From the NCBI RefSeq assembly GCF_041956535.1, contig NW_027192191.1:433267-497266 (forward strand): a stretch of 64,000 nucleotides of DNA, written 5' to 3'. Source of the DNA: Calcarisporiella thermophila CBS 279.70 (Eukaryota; Fungi; Calcarisporiellomycota). Every line of letters begins with the position of its first letter. Within the stretch, counting starts at the first letter, position 1. The position numbers and the translations under genes are program-made. This document shows positions 12,782 through 25,905 of the stretch, one piece after another. The notes beneath the pieces are model-generated. The model was not told the DNA's origin, did no database searches, and saw nothing but the letters and a program-made list of their open reading frames with translations.

Positions 12782-15340
12782 GAGGGTGGAGAGAGGTGTG
12801 TGGAGCAGAACAATAAAGCCAATGGCGATGATGTAGTGGTGGGCGAGAGGGATAACAAAAAGACTTCCCCTTTCACATGAAGTAGATTTCAGGTGTGTTT
12901 CAGAGTCGGTTCGTTACACCAAAAATTGTTGGGTAGAGGTGGCTGAGGCGGGGTGGTTAGGTAAAAGAAAAAAAAAATTCTCCGAGATCAGGTGGAGGAT
13001 GGGAGAGCTGAAACCTACGCCCAGGGGAGAAATCCAGGAATAGAGAGGTGGCTGAACTTAGACTTCGCTGACATATCTTTAACACCACTTGGCCCTAGGC
13101 AAGGGATATCGGGCTCCTGCCCCTTCCCCCCTTCTCCATGGCCAAGGACGGCCGTTTGGACGAGCCGGCCTTCCCTACCCGGAGGCACATTAGGCGGAGG
13201 ATGAGACAAAACTCGAACTAAGCGGTTTGAACCGTGCAGGGGGGAGGGGTTAGGGAAGCGTTCTGCCATTCTTCAAAAATAGAATAAATGATAAAACAAA
13301 TGAAATTCTCCCTCGCAGTCATTCATATCCCATCATGGACACATGGACACCAGCCTCATCCAAAGGCAGTCGATAGGCGAATGGGGTGTATCGCGAGACG
13401 GATCCAGCATCAAAGCATTTCATTTCTTTCGAGGTTTAATGTAAGACGAGGGAGGGACAAATACAATTAGGAAAAAGTAGAATTTCGACTTTCTATATCG
13501 GAACTGTCATTTCCAGCTGAAAGAATACGGGGGGGGGGGGGACTAGAGAAGAGAGGGGAGGCGAAAAGGGCGAGAGGCCACCCGTGCTGCTTTCCGACGC
13601 AGGCCAGAGGCGTTGGCATTGCCGCAAGGGACTCGTGCCGTCGTCTCCCTCGCTCTGGGAGGATGGGAAGGGAGAGGAGGGGGGGGGGGGGAACGCCGGT
13701 TTCCACGGATACGGGAAAACCACGCCGGCTGTGAAGGGCATGGTCAAAGCCAGGGCCAAAGCGAGAAGCTGTGGGGAAGCGCTCGGGAAGGACTTGGCCA
13801 TCGGGATGGTATCAAGTCCAGGGGTAATTAATTTTGCTTGAATAATCTGGAAGGCCACGAATGGCCGTTTTCAGCTTAAATAAATTGTCCGGAGCATCAG
13901 GGGGAGAGGAGGAAAAACTTTGAGTCTGAAATGGTGCCCAGGATTTCGCATGCAACACGATTGTGTTCTCTTAACCCTTGATCGCCGCACAGTACAACAA
14001 ATCTTTGCTGAACACCATGGTGCATTGTTGCCATTCCGATTCCGAGCAGAGAGGCTCAGGGCGGTTCCGAAAGAGGCGAGGCGAAGGCTTCATATGCTCC
14101 CATCGACAAAGCCGATTGTTTTGCCCGCCTAAACCTAGACTCGGCTTGTTTTCCCCACTTGCATGCGGATGCAGTCGGAAGAATGTTCCTTGGCCGGGAT
14201 CGGATCCGGCGAGGGGAGCGATAAGGGAGGCGGCGTGAGTGACGAAGGGCGGTTTCTTTTGATCGAAACTTCCGGATGAGGGGGAAAGAGGATGATGAAT
14301 CGGGGATGCGATAGGGGGGGGGGTGGGGGAGGGATAGGAGGTCGAGTGGTTTGCGCTATCATTACACGCACGGACTCAATAAAACCTCATTATTGGATTT
14401 TTAATTGTTTTGAGGAGCCCGAAATGAGGGCTGGGATGGGCCGGCGCTCGATTATGGTTAGTCACACTGGATGAAACAAATGATGGAGCCAGAAATTCAC
14501 CGAGAGCGGCTGGTTTCCCAGCAAGTGGGGGGGGGGGGACTGCCTAATTGCAAATCTGATCCAGGATCCGTGTAAGCGCGTGAACGGTGGCCTGTTGCAG
14601 GCCAGGAGGGCAGGGTTGGAGGGCGTACAAAGTGCAATTTGTGCTTGCAGGATCGGGCGAAAAGGCTAATGGAAGCTTAACGCAATAGCAAAGCTTAAGC
14701 GGCGGCGGGCTCGACGCAGCGCAATGCGCGGGGGGCCGCGCAGGCCGGCAGGGCCGAGGGCGGGCGAGGCTTGTGGGGAATTCTGCTTGCTAATGTTAAA
14801 CGGGCCTCTGGGGGAGAGAGGGGGGGGGAGAGGCCGGCAATGGGCTCTGAAACTTGAAACCAAAACCACTCAAGCTCGCGCGAGCTGGGTGGTCTTACTG
14901 CAATAATTTCTCGCTCCCGGAGCATTAGCAAAAGCTCGAGCCAGCGAATCACAGCGGCCGGAATCCCATTTTTTTTTAGCGAGATTTTCCTTTTCCTTCT
15001 AAGCCCATCTTTTTTTTTTAGTGTTTTCACTTTCCTCCCCCCTAGCTAGCGCTCCCTCTTATTTCTTGTTGTGTGCATGTGTGGGACGAGGACCTTTTTG
15101 TAAAGGGGAGTGTACAACAGCCGTTAAAAAAACCCATTTCGCTCTGTCATTTCGCCGCTCGCTCTCCGCGCTCGTCGCCGCCGCCTAGGTAAGTCGCATG
15201 CCGCCCCGAATGCATAGATGCTTATGCTCATGGATGCTCCGGCCCGGATGTAGCTTGTTTTCCTCTCTAGCCTCCCGCCTCTTCCTCGGGAACGAATTTC
15301 GGCCCTACTTCCCCCCCCCCCCCCGTACGCCTCTCTGCCA

Positions 15341-17487
15341 ATGCACCAGGAACACGTCTTGCCGTACCAGGCACAGGACCAGCATCCTTTCCCAACCCCA
15401 ATGTAGGCCTCCTCTCCTCTCCCCATGCCCCCCTTGCCCTCCCGCTAATCCATGCCCATCTCTGCCTCCCTCGTCCCTTAGGTCTGATCACCCATCTCTA
15501 GCCGCCCCCCACCGGCCGCAGGACGGAATCGACGCCCGGCCCAACTACTCCAAGTTTGTCATCCCTTGCCGCGGCATGCGCTGCGTGATCATGCTCTGAC
15601 CCTGTTCTTTCTCCATAGCTTCAACCATCCAATGCACTCGCCCGCGACCCCCCGCCAGCCGGCCTCCCCGCCCCTCTCGGGCGGCCCGCTCACGCCCCTG
15701 CAGGACAAAGACGGCCGCGCCTCTATGCACGGAAGCCCCCTCAACCAGATTGGCTTCCCCCCTATCCGCAAACGTCGCACCGACCCCATAGGCTTCCCCC
15801 CCGAGGCCGGCCCCTTCTTCTGCCCCACCAGGCAGCACCACAATCTCTACAGCATGGACAGGATGAATGGGTATGGCTTCCCCTCTTTCTCTCTCCTCCC
15901 CCTCCTCCTCCCCTCCTCCTCCTTCTCCTCCTTGGGAGGGGGGGGGGGAGAGGAGGAGGGGTGCGTCTGACCGTCCTCACTCACCCCCTGTTGTCCCTTG
16001 TAGCTACAAACTGCGCATTCAATCCAAGGTCGACAAGGGCTTTTTCCTGTCGGAGAACGACTGGACATGCTACCGCCGCAACTACTTCCAGGTGAGCAGC
16101 GCCTTCTCGGTCCTCGGCACAAATTACCCCCTGAACGAGCCCGAGACGCCGTGCCTCATCGAGATCGAGAACGGCCGGTTCTGCACGGTGACCCAGTTCC
16201 TGCTGGGAATCAGCGCGCGGGTCTCCAACTCCGAGAAGCGCATCGAGCTCGTGCAGCATACCCCCAAGCGTGACAAGGGTCCCCAGAGCGTCCCCACCCC
16301 CCAAGCCGATCCGCGCCGGCGGCGACCTCAACCTCGCCACCATAGGCGCCCAGCCCACCATCGTCACGTTCGAGCGCATCCAGTTCAAGACCGCGACCGC
16401 CAACAACGGCAAGCGCCGCGCCGCCCAGCAATACTACATCCTGCTCATCGACCTGTATGCGTTCTGCGACAACGGCCAGCAGTACAAGGTCGCCACCACG
16501 CAGTCCGCCCCGCTGGTGGTGCGGGGCCGATCCCCCGGCCACTACTCCGACGGCCAGGGCCGCTACAGCCCGATGGGGGTCACGTCGCCACCGATCGACG
16601 GGCGCTTCTACCCGTCGTTCGGGCGCCCCCCCATGATGCCCACAGAGATGCAAGGCTACCAGCCCTACTCGTACGGTAGCCCGTACCCGCCCCTGCAGAG
16701 CCCGCACGGCATGTACGGCAACGGCATGGGCCATCCCGCTGCCGCCGCCGCCGCCGCCGCAGCCGGCATGCCCTCCGTCCCTTCCCAGAACATGAACTAC
16801 ATGATGCCGCTCCACGCCTCCGCGTCCCGCTCGCCCGGCGATGCTGGCCCTCCGCGGCCCGACGACCACCAGCACCAGAACGAGGGCGCCGAGGGCCAGC
16901 GCGAAGGCGGCGCAGGCTACTACAACGACCCCCACAGCCACCAGCTGCCCCCGATCTCCTCCCACAGTGGCTTCCACTCCGCCACCGAGCGCACGTTTCC
17001 CGGCCGGATCGAGGCGCCCCACGACTCCGTGCCGCCGCCCCCCATGACGGCCCCCCTCTTCCCGACCCATGGCTTCGGAGACGTGTTCCCGCCCTCGTCG
17101 TCCGGGCCCGCCAGCGCCATGCAGCGGCGCGAGGCGCACATGAACGGCTTCCACTCGGACGGAGAGGAGACCCCAGGCAACCCGATGGCGAGCCAGCTGG
17201 GCCATCCGCACCACCCCCATGTCCAGCAGCACCCTCCGTACCCCACCGCGTTCCATCAGCCATCAAGGTCGCCGGGAGCACATCACCCGTCTCAGCAGCC
17301 CCCGCATCAGCAGCATCATCCAAGCCAGCAGCAGCAGCAGCAGCACCACCACCAGCACCACCAACACCAACACCAACACCACCACCCACAGCAACAGCAG
17401 CACCAACAGCAGCAACCACACCATCATCACCAACAGCAAGCGGTATCACAGCACTCATATCCTGGCGTTGGGGAACGAGACTCGTAA
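15341..17487 (+). CDS. NDT80/PhoG-family transcription factor (start uncertain; apparent +1 frameshift at ~16297-16302)
   Basis: KVDKGFF...DWTCYRRNYFQV, ELVQHTPKRDKGPQ, FERIQFKTATANNGKRRAAQQYY, PLVVRGRSPGHY. Exons 15341-15402, 15482-15552, 15619-15870 and 16004 onward; Pro/His/Gln-rich tail. Confidence 0.92.
17281..17440 (+). repeat. CAG/CAC/CAA-rich coding repeat (poly-Gln/His) in the Ndt80-like tail
   Basis: cagcagcagcagcaccaccaccagcaccaccaacaccaacac... encodes QQQQQQHHHQHHQHQHQHHH. Confidence 0.85.
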
Positions 17488-18362
17488 AAAAAAAAAGATG
17501 TCGTCAGTGAATAACAGAAAATTCGGTTTTCTAACTAACTTATTCCTTGTATGTCTGTTGAAAAGTTGTAATTACGTCTTCCCCCCTTTTATCCTCATTT
17601 ATATTTCAAGTTTATTTCCATCCTTTATTTCTTCCTCTTTACTATTTCTTTTTTCGTCCTCCAAGGGTATGGAGAAGGAGAAGTTGGTATTATAATTATT
17701 TTTTTTGTTAGACGTCTTTTTTTGTATGTTCTTATCTCTAGATGTGTGTGCTAGCTTCTCCTGATGATAGCCATAGTTTTTTTTTATTATTTTTTTATTT
17801 TTTTTTTTTTATTATTTTCTCACTCCATTTGTGCTTGTTGTTCTCTATCTATTTTTCTCTTTCTCTTTACCCATCTCTCTGTTATATTTATTATATATTT
17901 AGTACTTAAGCAATGAACGAAATAATTTTTTCTATTTCTATTTCGAGAAAAAACTCTTGTGCTCGTTGGCTGTGCATCGAAACCATTTCTTGGAGGCGAA
18001 GTATCTTAGCTTTTTCTTCCTTTTACTAATCAGCTTGGAGCTTTTCGCAGCTCTTTGTCATCACGACTACTTTCCCTCTTTGTTTACTGTTCAAGCTTCA
18101 CTGTTTCATTTCTCTCGTTTTGCATCCCTAATTGCATTTTCTCGCTGCATCCGAGCCAGGTATACCCCCCCCCCCCCACTTTCCACGGCTATTTTATTTT
18201 TCCCGAAGCGCTAACCGCCCTAATAAACGGTCTGATATAGTTAACAGCTCTAACCATCGGTTAACCTAAAGGATTCTTCTCGCCTATAGCCGCCGGGTTT
18301 AGCTTTGCTTTTTTTTCAAACTTGGAAAAGGAAATTAAACTCCATTAGTTGGGGGCTCGTCG

Positions 18363-21300
18363 ATGCGCTCTCGATCCCGTACGCTACAAGTCATGGATCG
18401 GTTACGATTACTAAAATGTCAAGCCCAGAATTTCCTTGGAATGCGCTCCAGCCAAAGAAACGACTCCGACTCGCTTCCACAGCTCCAGCGGGGCCGATTG
18501 CCGTTTGCCTTCAATCGCAAGGATTCCATCATGTCACAGAAACACTCGGCTCCCAAGCGGCGAATCTATGTAAACATGGAGCTTGCCCCCGAGGATGCTG
18601 ACCAGTTCGGCCTTCCCCGAACATTTTTCCCGAAAAACAAGGTGAGTAGAAGAGTTAGAGTTCCGGCCGAAGGCGGCCACCGAGAATTTGGCCTCATCTA
18701 AGTTCATGTACCCATGCCGATCTTTAGATTCGCACCTCAAAATACACGCTTATTAATTTCATCCCGAAGAACCTCTTCGAGCAATTCCGAGGAGTTGCCA
18801 ACTTGTACTTTTTATTTCTGGCTGTTCTGCAGCTATTCCCCATCTTCGCCGGCCCCAACGCCTTTTTAGCCCCTCTCCCCCTTCTAGCCATCCTGGCCAT
18901 TACCGCCATCAAAGACGCCATCGAGGACTGGAAACGCCATGTGGCCGACAATGCGGTCAATTACTCGAAGACCAGGACCCTTTCCAACTACGTGAATGTA
19001 AATGTGCGTCCGAGGACCAATTGGCAGCGCCGAGTTTGGGGAGCGGTGAAGAGGGTCCCCATGGCGCTGGTCGAGAGGCTTTTCCCCAAGCGTACTGACC
19101 GCGGCAACGAGAGCAAGCTTCCCCTTAGCGAGGACTATGTGAACGTGGAGCGGGACGGCCAAGGTGACTACAACATGGAGACCATCCGGTTTTCGAATGC
19201 GATCCGGGACGACAAGCGCCGTCCTTACCGCCCCGGTCTTTTCCCGCACTCGGTCCTCAAGACCCGAGCCCCCCCCACCTTCGATGAGCACAACCCGCCC
19301 CCGCTGCTGAGAAACAAGCCGTCGTGGCGGGAGACCCTGTGGCGGGATGTGCAGGTGGGCGAATTCGTGTACCTGGAAAATGATGAGGCAGTGCCCGCGG
19401 ATATCGTCATTCTCGCGACGAGTGAGTCGGATGGCCTCTGCTACGTCGAGACGAAGAATCTCGACGGAGAGACCAATCTCAAGCCACGCCACTCGCTGCG
19501 CGCCACCTCGGATATCAAGACGCCGTCGGACTGTGGCCGGCTCTCCTTCCACATCGAGAGTGAGGGCCCGCACCCGAATCTCTACCACTACAACGGGGTC
19601 ATAGAGTGGTGCGTTTCGGATGGGACGGAGGACGTGTCAATGGGGGGCGTGACGCACTGCAAAACGGAGCCGATCACGGCCAGCCACCTGCTGTTGCGAG
19701 GAAGCGTGCTGAAAAACACCCAGTGGGTGATTGGGGTGGTCCTCTTCACGGGGTCCGACACAAAGGTCATGCTGAACTCGTCCCGGACCCCAAGTAAACG
19801 CAGCCGCCTCGAGAAGCTGACTAATCCTCAGGTAAAGTGTGCCAGGACTTTTTGGACGCTGCGCGTCCCTGGCGTGTGCCATCCCTGCTGACCCTTTGTC
19901 TGTGTTAGGTTGTGGCCAATTTCGTCATCCTGTTTGCCCTATGTTTAGGGTGCTCGATCGTGAACGGATTCATGTTCGAATCCAGCACGTCCGCCACCTA
20001 TTTTGAGCCCGGTGGGGATGCTCAGAATGGGGCTATGAGCGGATTCCTGACTTTTTGGTAAGTCAATGGCGATAACTCTTCGCCGTGTTGGAGCTTACCT
20101 CATTCCCCCCCTCTCATTCAACTCCCACTAGGTTGTGCTTGATTCTCTACCAGAACATTGTGCCAATCTCCCTTTATGTCTCCGTGGAAATCGTGAAAAC
20201 CCTCGCCGTATGCACATGCATAGCTGGAGATATTTTTCCCCAATTTACTAACCCTCTCCCCCTCCTTCCCCCCGCCTCCCTTTAGGCCTACTTTATCTAC
20301 TCCGACTTGGACATGTACTATGAGCCATTGGATCAACCGTGTGTGCCAAAGACATGGAACATATCCGATGATCTTGGGCAGATCGAGTATATTTTTAGGT
20401 ATTGAATCGCATTCAATTTACTTCCGAGTCTTTCTCCTCCGCTTCTTCGTTGGTTGATCCGTTTTTCTGTTCATTTTTCCAGCGATAAGACCGGCACTCT
20501 GACTCAAAACGTGATGGAATTTCGTAAATGCACCATCAACGGAGTGAAGTATGGGTATGGGACCCCGGAGGCCGCGTTTGGCGCCCAAAAGCGCGAGCTT
20601 GCCGAAAAGAACAGCCATAAACCCGCCGAAGTGCAGCACGATATGGAGGTGCAACGAAAACGTGAGGAGGCAGCGAGACTTCAGCTGTCTCGCAAGCAGA
20701 TGCGCCGCGAGATGTCCATGGTCTTCAAGAACAAGTATGCGGCGAAGAAGATGGGCTTTGTTGCCCCCGGCTTGTTCGGGGACGTGGCCCAAGGGGGGGC
20801 GCAGAAGGAAAAGGTGGTCGAGTTTTTCACCGCGCTTGCGTTGTGCCACACGGTTCTCTGCGAGAAGCCCGATCCCGACAACCCCCACCACATCATTTAC
20901 AAGGCGCAGTCCCCGGACGAGGCGGCGCTCGTCCAGACCGCTAAGGAGTGTGGCTTCGCCTATCTGGGGCAAGAGCACGGAGAGGTTCGAGTGGATATTC
21001 TCGGGGAGCAAAAGGTGTATCGGCTTCTGCAGGTGCTGGAGTTTAGCTCGACCCGAAAGCGGGTGAGCGTCGTGGTGCGGAACCCCGAGGGCCGGCTGAT
21101 GTTGATCTGCAAGGGCGCGGACTCCATTGTCTACGAGCGCTTGGCCAAGCCGGGGAAAAAGGACCCCACCGAGGAGGAGCGTAGGCTGGAGGGGGAGCAA
21201 CGACGGGTGCAGAAAATCACCTCGAAGCACCTGGAAAACTTTGCCGACGAAGGGCTTCGCACGCTGTGTGTGGCATACCGCTATCTCGACGAGCACGAGT

Positions 21301-23322
21301 ACGAGCTGTGGAGCGAGAGGTACCGCATCGCATCCACCAGCCTCGTCAACCGCGAGGAGGAAGTGGAGGCGGCCGCCGACCAGATCGAGCGCGAGCTCTT
21401 GCTGTTGGGGGGCACCGCCATCGAGGATCACCTGCAGGAAGGAGTGCCCGAGACCATCGACCTGCTGATCCGAGCTAGCATCAAGATCTGGGTGCTCACC
21501 GGGGACAAGATGGAGACCGCCATCAACATCGGGTATGCCGCCAACCTGCTCCAGAAGGGAATGCAGCTCGTGATCATCCGCGGCGACTCGCGAGAGGAAG
21601 TCCTGCGCAAGCTCGAGGAGGCGCTCGCCACCCACTGGCCGCCGGACGGTGTCATAGTGCCCCCGACCGGGCTCCCCGACGACGAGAAGACGGAGACGAA
21701 GCACGCGCTGGTCATCGACGGAGAATCCCTCAAGTACGCGCTGGAGAAGGGCGTGAGGGAGAAGTTGCTCGAGCTTGGAAAGCGGTGCGCCAGTGTCATA
21801 TGTTGCCGGGTGTCGCCTCTGCAAAAGGCCAAGGTGGTTCGCCTTGTGAAGCATGGCTTGAATGCCATGACGTTGTCGATCGGCGATGGTTTGTATTCTG
21901 CACCTCCCCGGCCAAGGCCGTTTCGAACACGAGTGAACTCACCGTGAATCCTCACTCCCTTGGAATAGGTGCTAACGATGTGTCGATGATCCAGGAGGCC
22001 AACGTCGGCGTCGGCATTAGTGGGGAGGAGGGGCGGCAGGCCGTCATGGCCTCGGACTACGCGATTGCTCAGTTCAGGTACCTGGGCAAACTCCTCCTAG
22101 TGCATGGCCGATGGTCGTACGCTCGGACAAGCTCCATGATTCTGATGTTTTTCTATAAAAACGTGATCTGGACCTTCACTCTCTTCTGGTACCAGTTCTA
22201 TTGCTCGTGAGTAGACCATTGTTTTTTTTCTCTCTCTCTCTCTCTCAACCCGTATACTGAACTCTGGCCCGTAGATTCTCTGGCCAAATGTTTATCGATT
22301 ACACCCTTGTGCTGCTGTACAATCTCATTTTCACCTCGCTTCCCTGTATTTTCCTTGGTACGTGGTCTCTTGTTTTGTTCCCCTTACGGGGGTCTCTTTC
22401 CCCTCTCGCTAACTCACATGCCATTTCTACAGGTGTGTTCGATCAAGACCTCAATGCGCGCATTTCCAAAGCAACCCCTCAGCTCTATACCCGTGGCATT
22501 TACCAGCTCAATTTCACCTCCCTGCAGTTCTGGACCTACATGCTTGATGCGCTCTACCAGTCAGTGGTGGTGTACTTTGTGCCCTACATTCTGCTCATTG
22601 GCGGGAATCTCACGCCGTCGGGGAACGATGCCAACGGCATGTTTGATTTCGGCACCGTGGTGGGTGGATGTGTCGTGACCGTCGCCAACGCGTTCGTGTT
22701 CACGTGCCTGCACAGCTTCACTGGGATGATGGTGGCGGTGGTGGTGGGCTCGATCCTGAGCTTCTTTGCCTGGGTGGGGATCTTTGGGTGGCTGGACGGG
22801 TCGTTCATGCATCGTCAGGATGCCATCGTGTTTGCGCAGGCCGGGTTTTGGCTGGTGCTGGTGCTCACGGTGGTGGCGTCGCTGTTGCCTCGCTTGGCAG
22901 TGCAGTACTACCTGAGGATGTACCGCCCGACGGACGTGGACATTGTGCGGGAGGCCAAGTATCTGCGGCGCAAGGCGAACAAGAAGCAGCAGCGGAGGGA
23001 GAAGAAAATGAAGAAGGAGATGCGCGGCGGTGAGAGCATGGAGACAGTGCTCCCACGCGAGGCCTCCGAGGCGGGCGAGACCTTGGAGATGGCGGAGATG
23101 CACATGGACGATGACGACGAGAGCGTGGTCACGGAGACGAGGCCGGAGGAGGCTGATGAACACGGTTTGGGCGAAGAGAAGGATCGCGTGGTCCGGGAGA
23201 GGAGGCGGCTGGAGGAGGCGGTGGAGGATGGGTCGGACTACTTCTCCTATGCCCCCTCGCCAATCCCCTCCCCGACCACGATTGACCGTGAGAAGGATAT
23301 GGCTTCTCGCGTCCAGCCTTAA
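18363..23322 (+). CDS. P4-type ATPase phospholipid flippase, Dnf1/Dnf2-like (9 exons)
   Basis: [60 protein letters not shown]|[35 protein letters not shown]|[10 protein letters not shown]; all introns GT-AG. Confidence 0.95.
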
Positions 23323-23803
23323 TTGCTTCAACAAAATTTCATCCCGCTTTCTTCCCTCTATCTCTCCCTCCTCTTGCCATTTACATTGGTGCAAACTCCG
23401 TTCACTTCGGCATGACACTGTTTATTTTAGTTTATTTATTTGATTTTCTCTGTTTCATTAGTTTCTATTATATCCATCCAAGTGTAAATCACCCCCTCCC
23501 TCCCTTCCTCTTTCTCCTCCTCTATCTACACCTCTTTTTTTTCGATTTTCTCTTTCTAGAAAGGTTACCCACTTAGATTCCTATTTATTTATTTTTCTTT
23601 TATTTTCTCTATTACTCTGATAATGTTGATACTATACTCGCTACTCTTCTCTTCCCCTCTCCCTCGCTCCTTTAGACGGACTCTCCTGTGTATCATAATC
23701 CTGAGACTATTTATTTAATACATATGGTATCTATAGAGTGCTTCTTGCAAAGTACGAATAGGTTTTCACCACGCAATCGTCCGAATAACAATAGACGAGG
23801 GTG

Positions 23804-25905
23804 TTATAGCCAAAGTTCTGGATCTTCCACCTTGGTGCGCACGTACTTCAGGAGCTTTCCTACTCCCCCCTGGCCCTCACTTCCGCAGTGGCCCACTAGA
23901 CACTCCAATTCAGCCTTTCGGTTCAGATGCAGCATCTTGGATATCTCTTTTCTAAATACAACCCATTGGTCAGACAAAAGAGTTGCATAAAGAAAAATAT
24001 ACACACGCAGAGGAACGAACGCCCTACCCCCACTCGGGCCTCTCCAGGATATACTCCCGCCTAATGAGTTCCAACGCCTTTTTACGGTCGTAGTACGACA
24101 ACGGAACCAAAGCGTCCGAGTCGATGTGGAAACTATTCAAGGAGTAGAGTAGGTTGAAAGCAGGGTTAGGAGAAGGCGAAGGGAAAGGGGGAGAATATAG
24201 GGTATGGGAGAGCCAGCCTTCGCAGGTCGTCTGAGTGAAGACCGAGCCAGCGAATGGCAGAGCATGCAAGATTGCAATTGTCGTACGACATAGCCCTCGA
24301 GCCAAACTTATAGATGGAAAGGATGTCGAGCCCTATCGCACCCACATCAACCATGATTTCACAGAGCATAGTGAATTACTCAAGATATTGGCTACCGTAT
24401 GGATCCCCATCCATCAGGCCCAGGATAGGCAGTGGCTGGCGTCTACGCAAGCATAGTATATAGGGCGTCTTGGTGAGCGGAAGGCCAACTAGAGAAGCAC
24501 TCCAAGTTACCCATCACAGCACGTATGTTCGCTCAAATAACGCAAAAAGTAGCGGGTGGAGACATCCTACCAAGGACAAGCGTCAAACGGGCCGCCATCC
24601 TGGCACCAATGCGGGCAGAACCTTACCGGGTACCCTTTGCCCTGTTGATATGTAGAGCGGTTATTTGGTTAGGAGGAAGTAGATGGTCGAATTTTCAAGT
24701 ACCGTGACGATAACACATGGGCCAAGTGCAGTGGTCAGATCGGCCGAGAGGAGGTACTGGAATATGGCCTGAGGGGTGGTGGGGGGAGGGCTTTTAGCAC
24801 GAATCTTGCATCGAACATCCCCACGCCAAATAAAATATTACCTCTTTCTCCACCACAAGCACGCATTCTGCCCAGGTCTCAATATGTTCAATTTGCTCCG
24901 GCGAAGGTATCAAGTATTCCTATACAAAGAAATCAACAAACTCACCCATTGAAATATATGGCGGTCGCCACTTCTTGGAGCAAATTTGAAATGGTTCACT
25001 CACATTTCCAGCCGCAGCCGAGCAATCCATAGCCGATCCACCCCGCAAGTTTATCCGGACTGCTCCATTGATGAATCCTTTTGTTCCGCCAATCTGTAAT
25101 TAGGAGGAAACATAAAACCAGAGCAGTCAGGGGGGAGGAAGAAATTGAAACAGATGGGCCTCCAGCGAGGATAAATTACAATGTTTAGGCAGGATCTTGG
25201 AACGGTGAGCATACGACTGAGTTCGTCGATAACCTGCAGGGGAGAGGAAAAAAATATTATGTAAACGCATAGATGCGAAAAATGACCCATGACCCATTTA
25301 GTGTTTCAAGACGCATTGACTGACTTTGTCAATCACCGCTTGCGAACCAAACAAAGCCATGTCCTTGTAGTATATGTCTCTATATTAAATGAAATAGACA
25401 CATGAGCGAGTCAGTGCCTCAAACCGGGCGGTTACTAAGCCATGCCTTTTAGTGCAGACGACGTTGTTGGCCAGCATCTCGTAGCAGATCTCCACCACCC
25501 TCAGGAAGATTGCAAAGCTCTTGTGCTGTTTGAGGGATGGATATCGAATCGCATGCGACTCGGAGAGGGCGGTGGTCCCGACCAGCATTTGCGTAGCGTG
25601 GTCGAACCTGCACAGAGAAAAGAGAATTCGTTTACTCCAGGCTGTTATAGGCCGTCTCGAATGACCATAGCATGGGACTAAGAAGGCTAACTTGGTTGCT
25701 GTCTCGGGCTGGCAGATCACGATGGGATGCCCGGCCGAGATGCAGCGCAAGGCGTCAAGCATAATGGAATCCAGACGGCGCAATACCCAGTCCCTATCAA
25801 GTGGAAAGATGAGATAGTATCAAGTCCGGGTCTCATACCAAGGCGGGGGCGATGGCACCTGGGGCGGGCGTTGAGCTGTACCATTCTACCGTGCTCAGAG
25901 CTCAT
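23804..25905 (-). CDS. SPO11: Meiotic DSB transesterase Spo11 (14 exons)
   Basis: TKR|DIYY (catalytic Tyr), LVVEKE|AIFQ, IVT|GKGYP|DVSTR, LMDGDPYG|LDI (Toprim DxD), YKFGS, IRWLGL, KAELE. Needs two GC-AG introns and a 15-nt exon. Confidence 0.93.

Noticed and set aside
14637-14644. MSE-like CACAAAT upstream of the NDT80-like gene
   Set aside because: A single partial match, expected by chance.
16210-17458. Long antisense ORFs over NDT80 (also 20418-21854 over the flippase and 57090-58052 over CSL)
   Set aside because: Shadow ORFs caused by GC-rich codon bias on the coding strand; no domain signatures.
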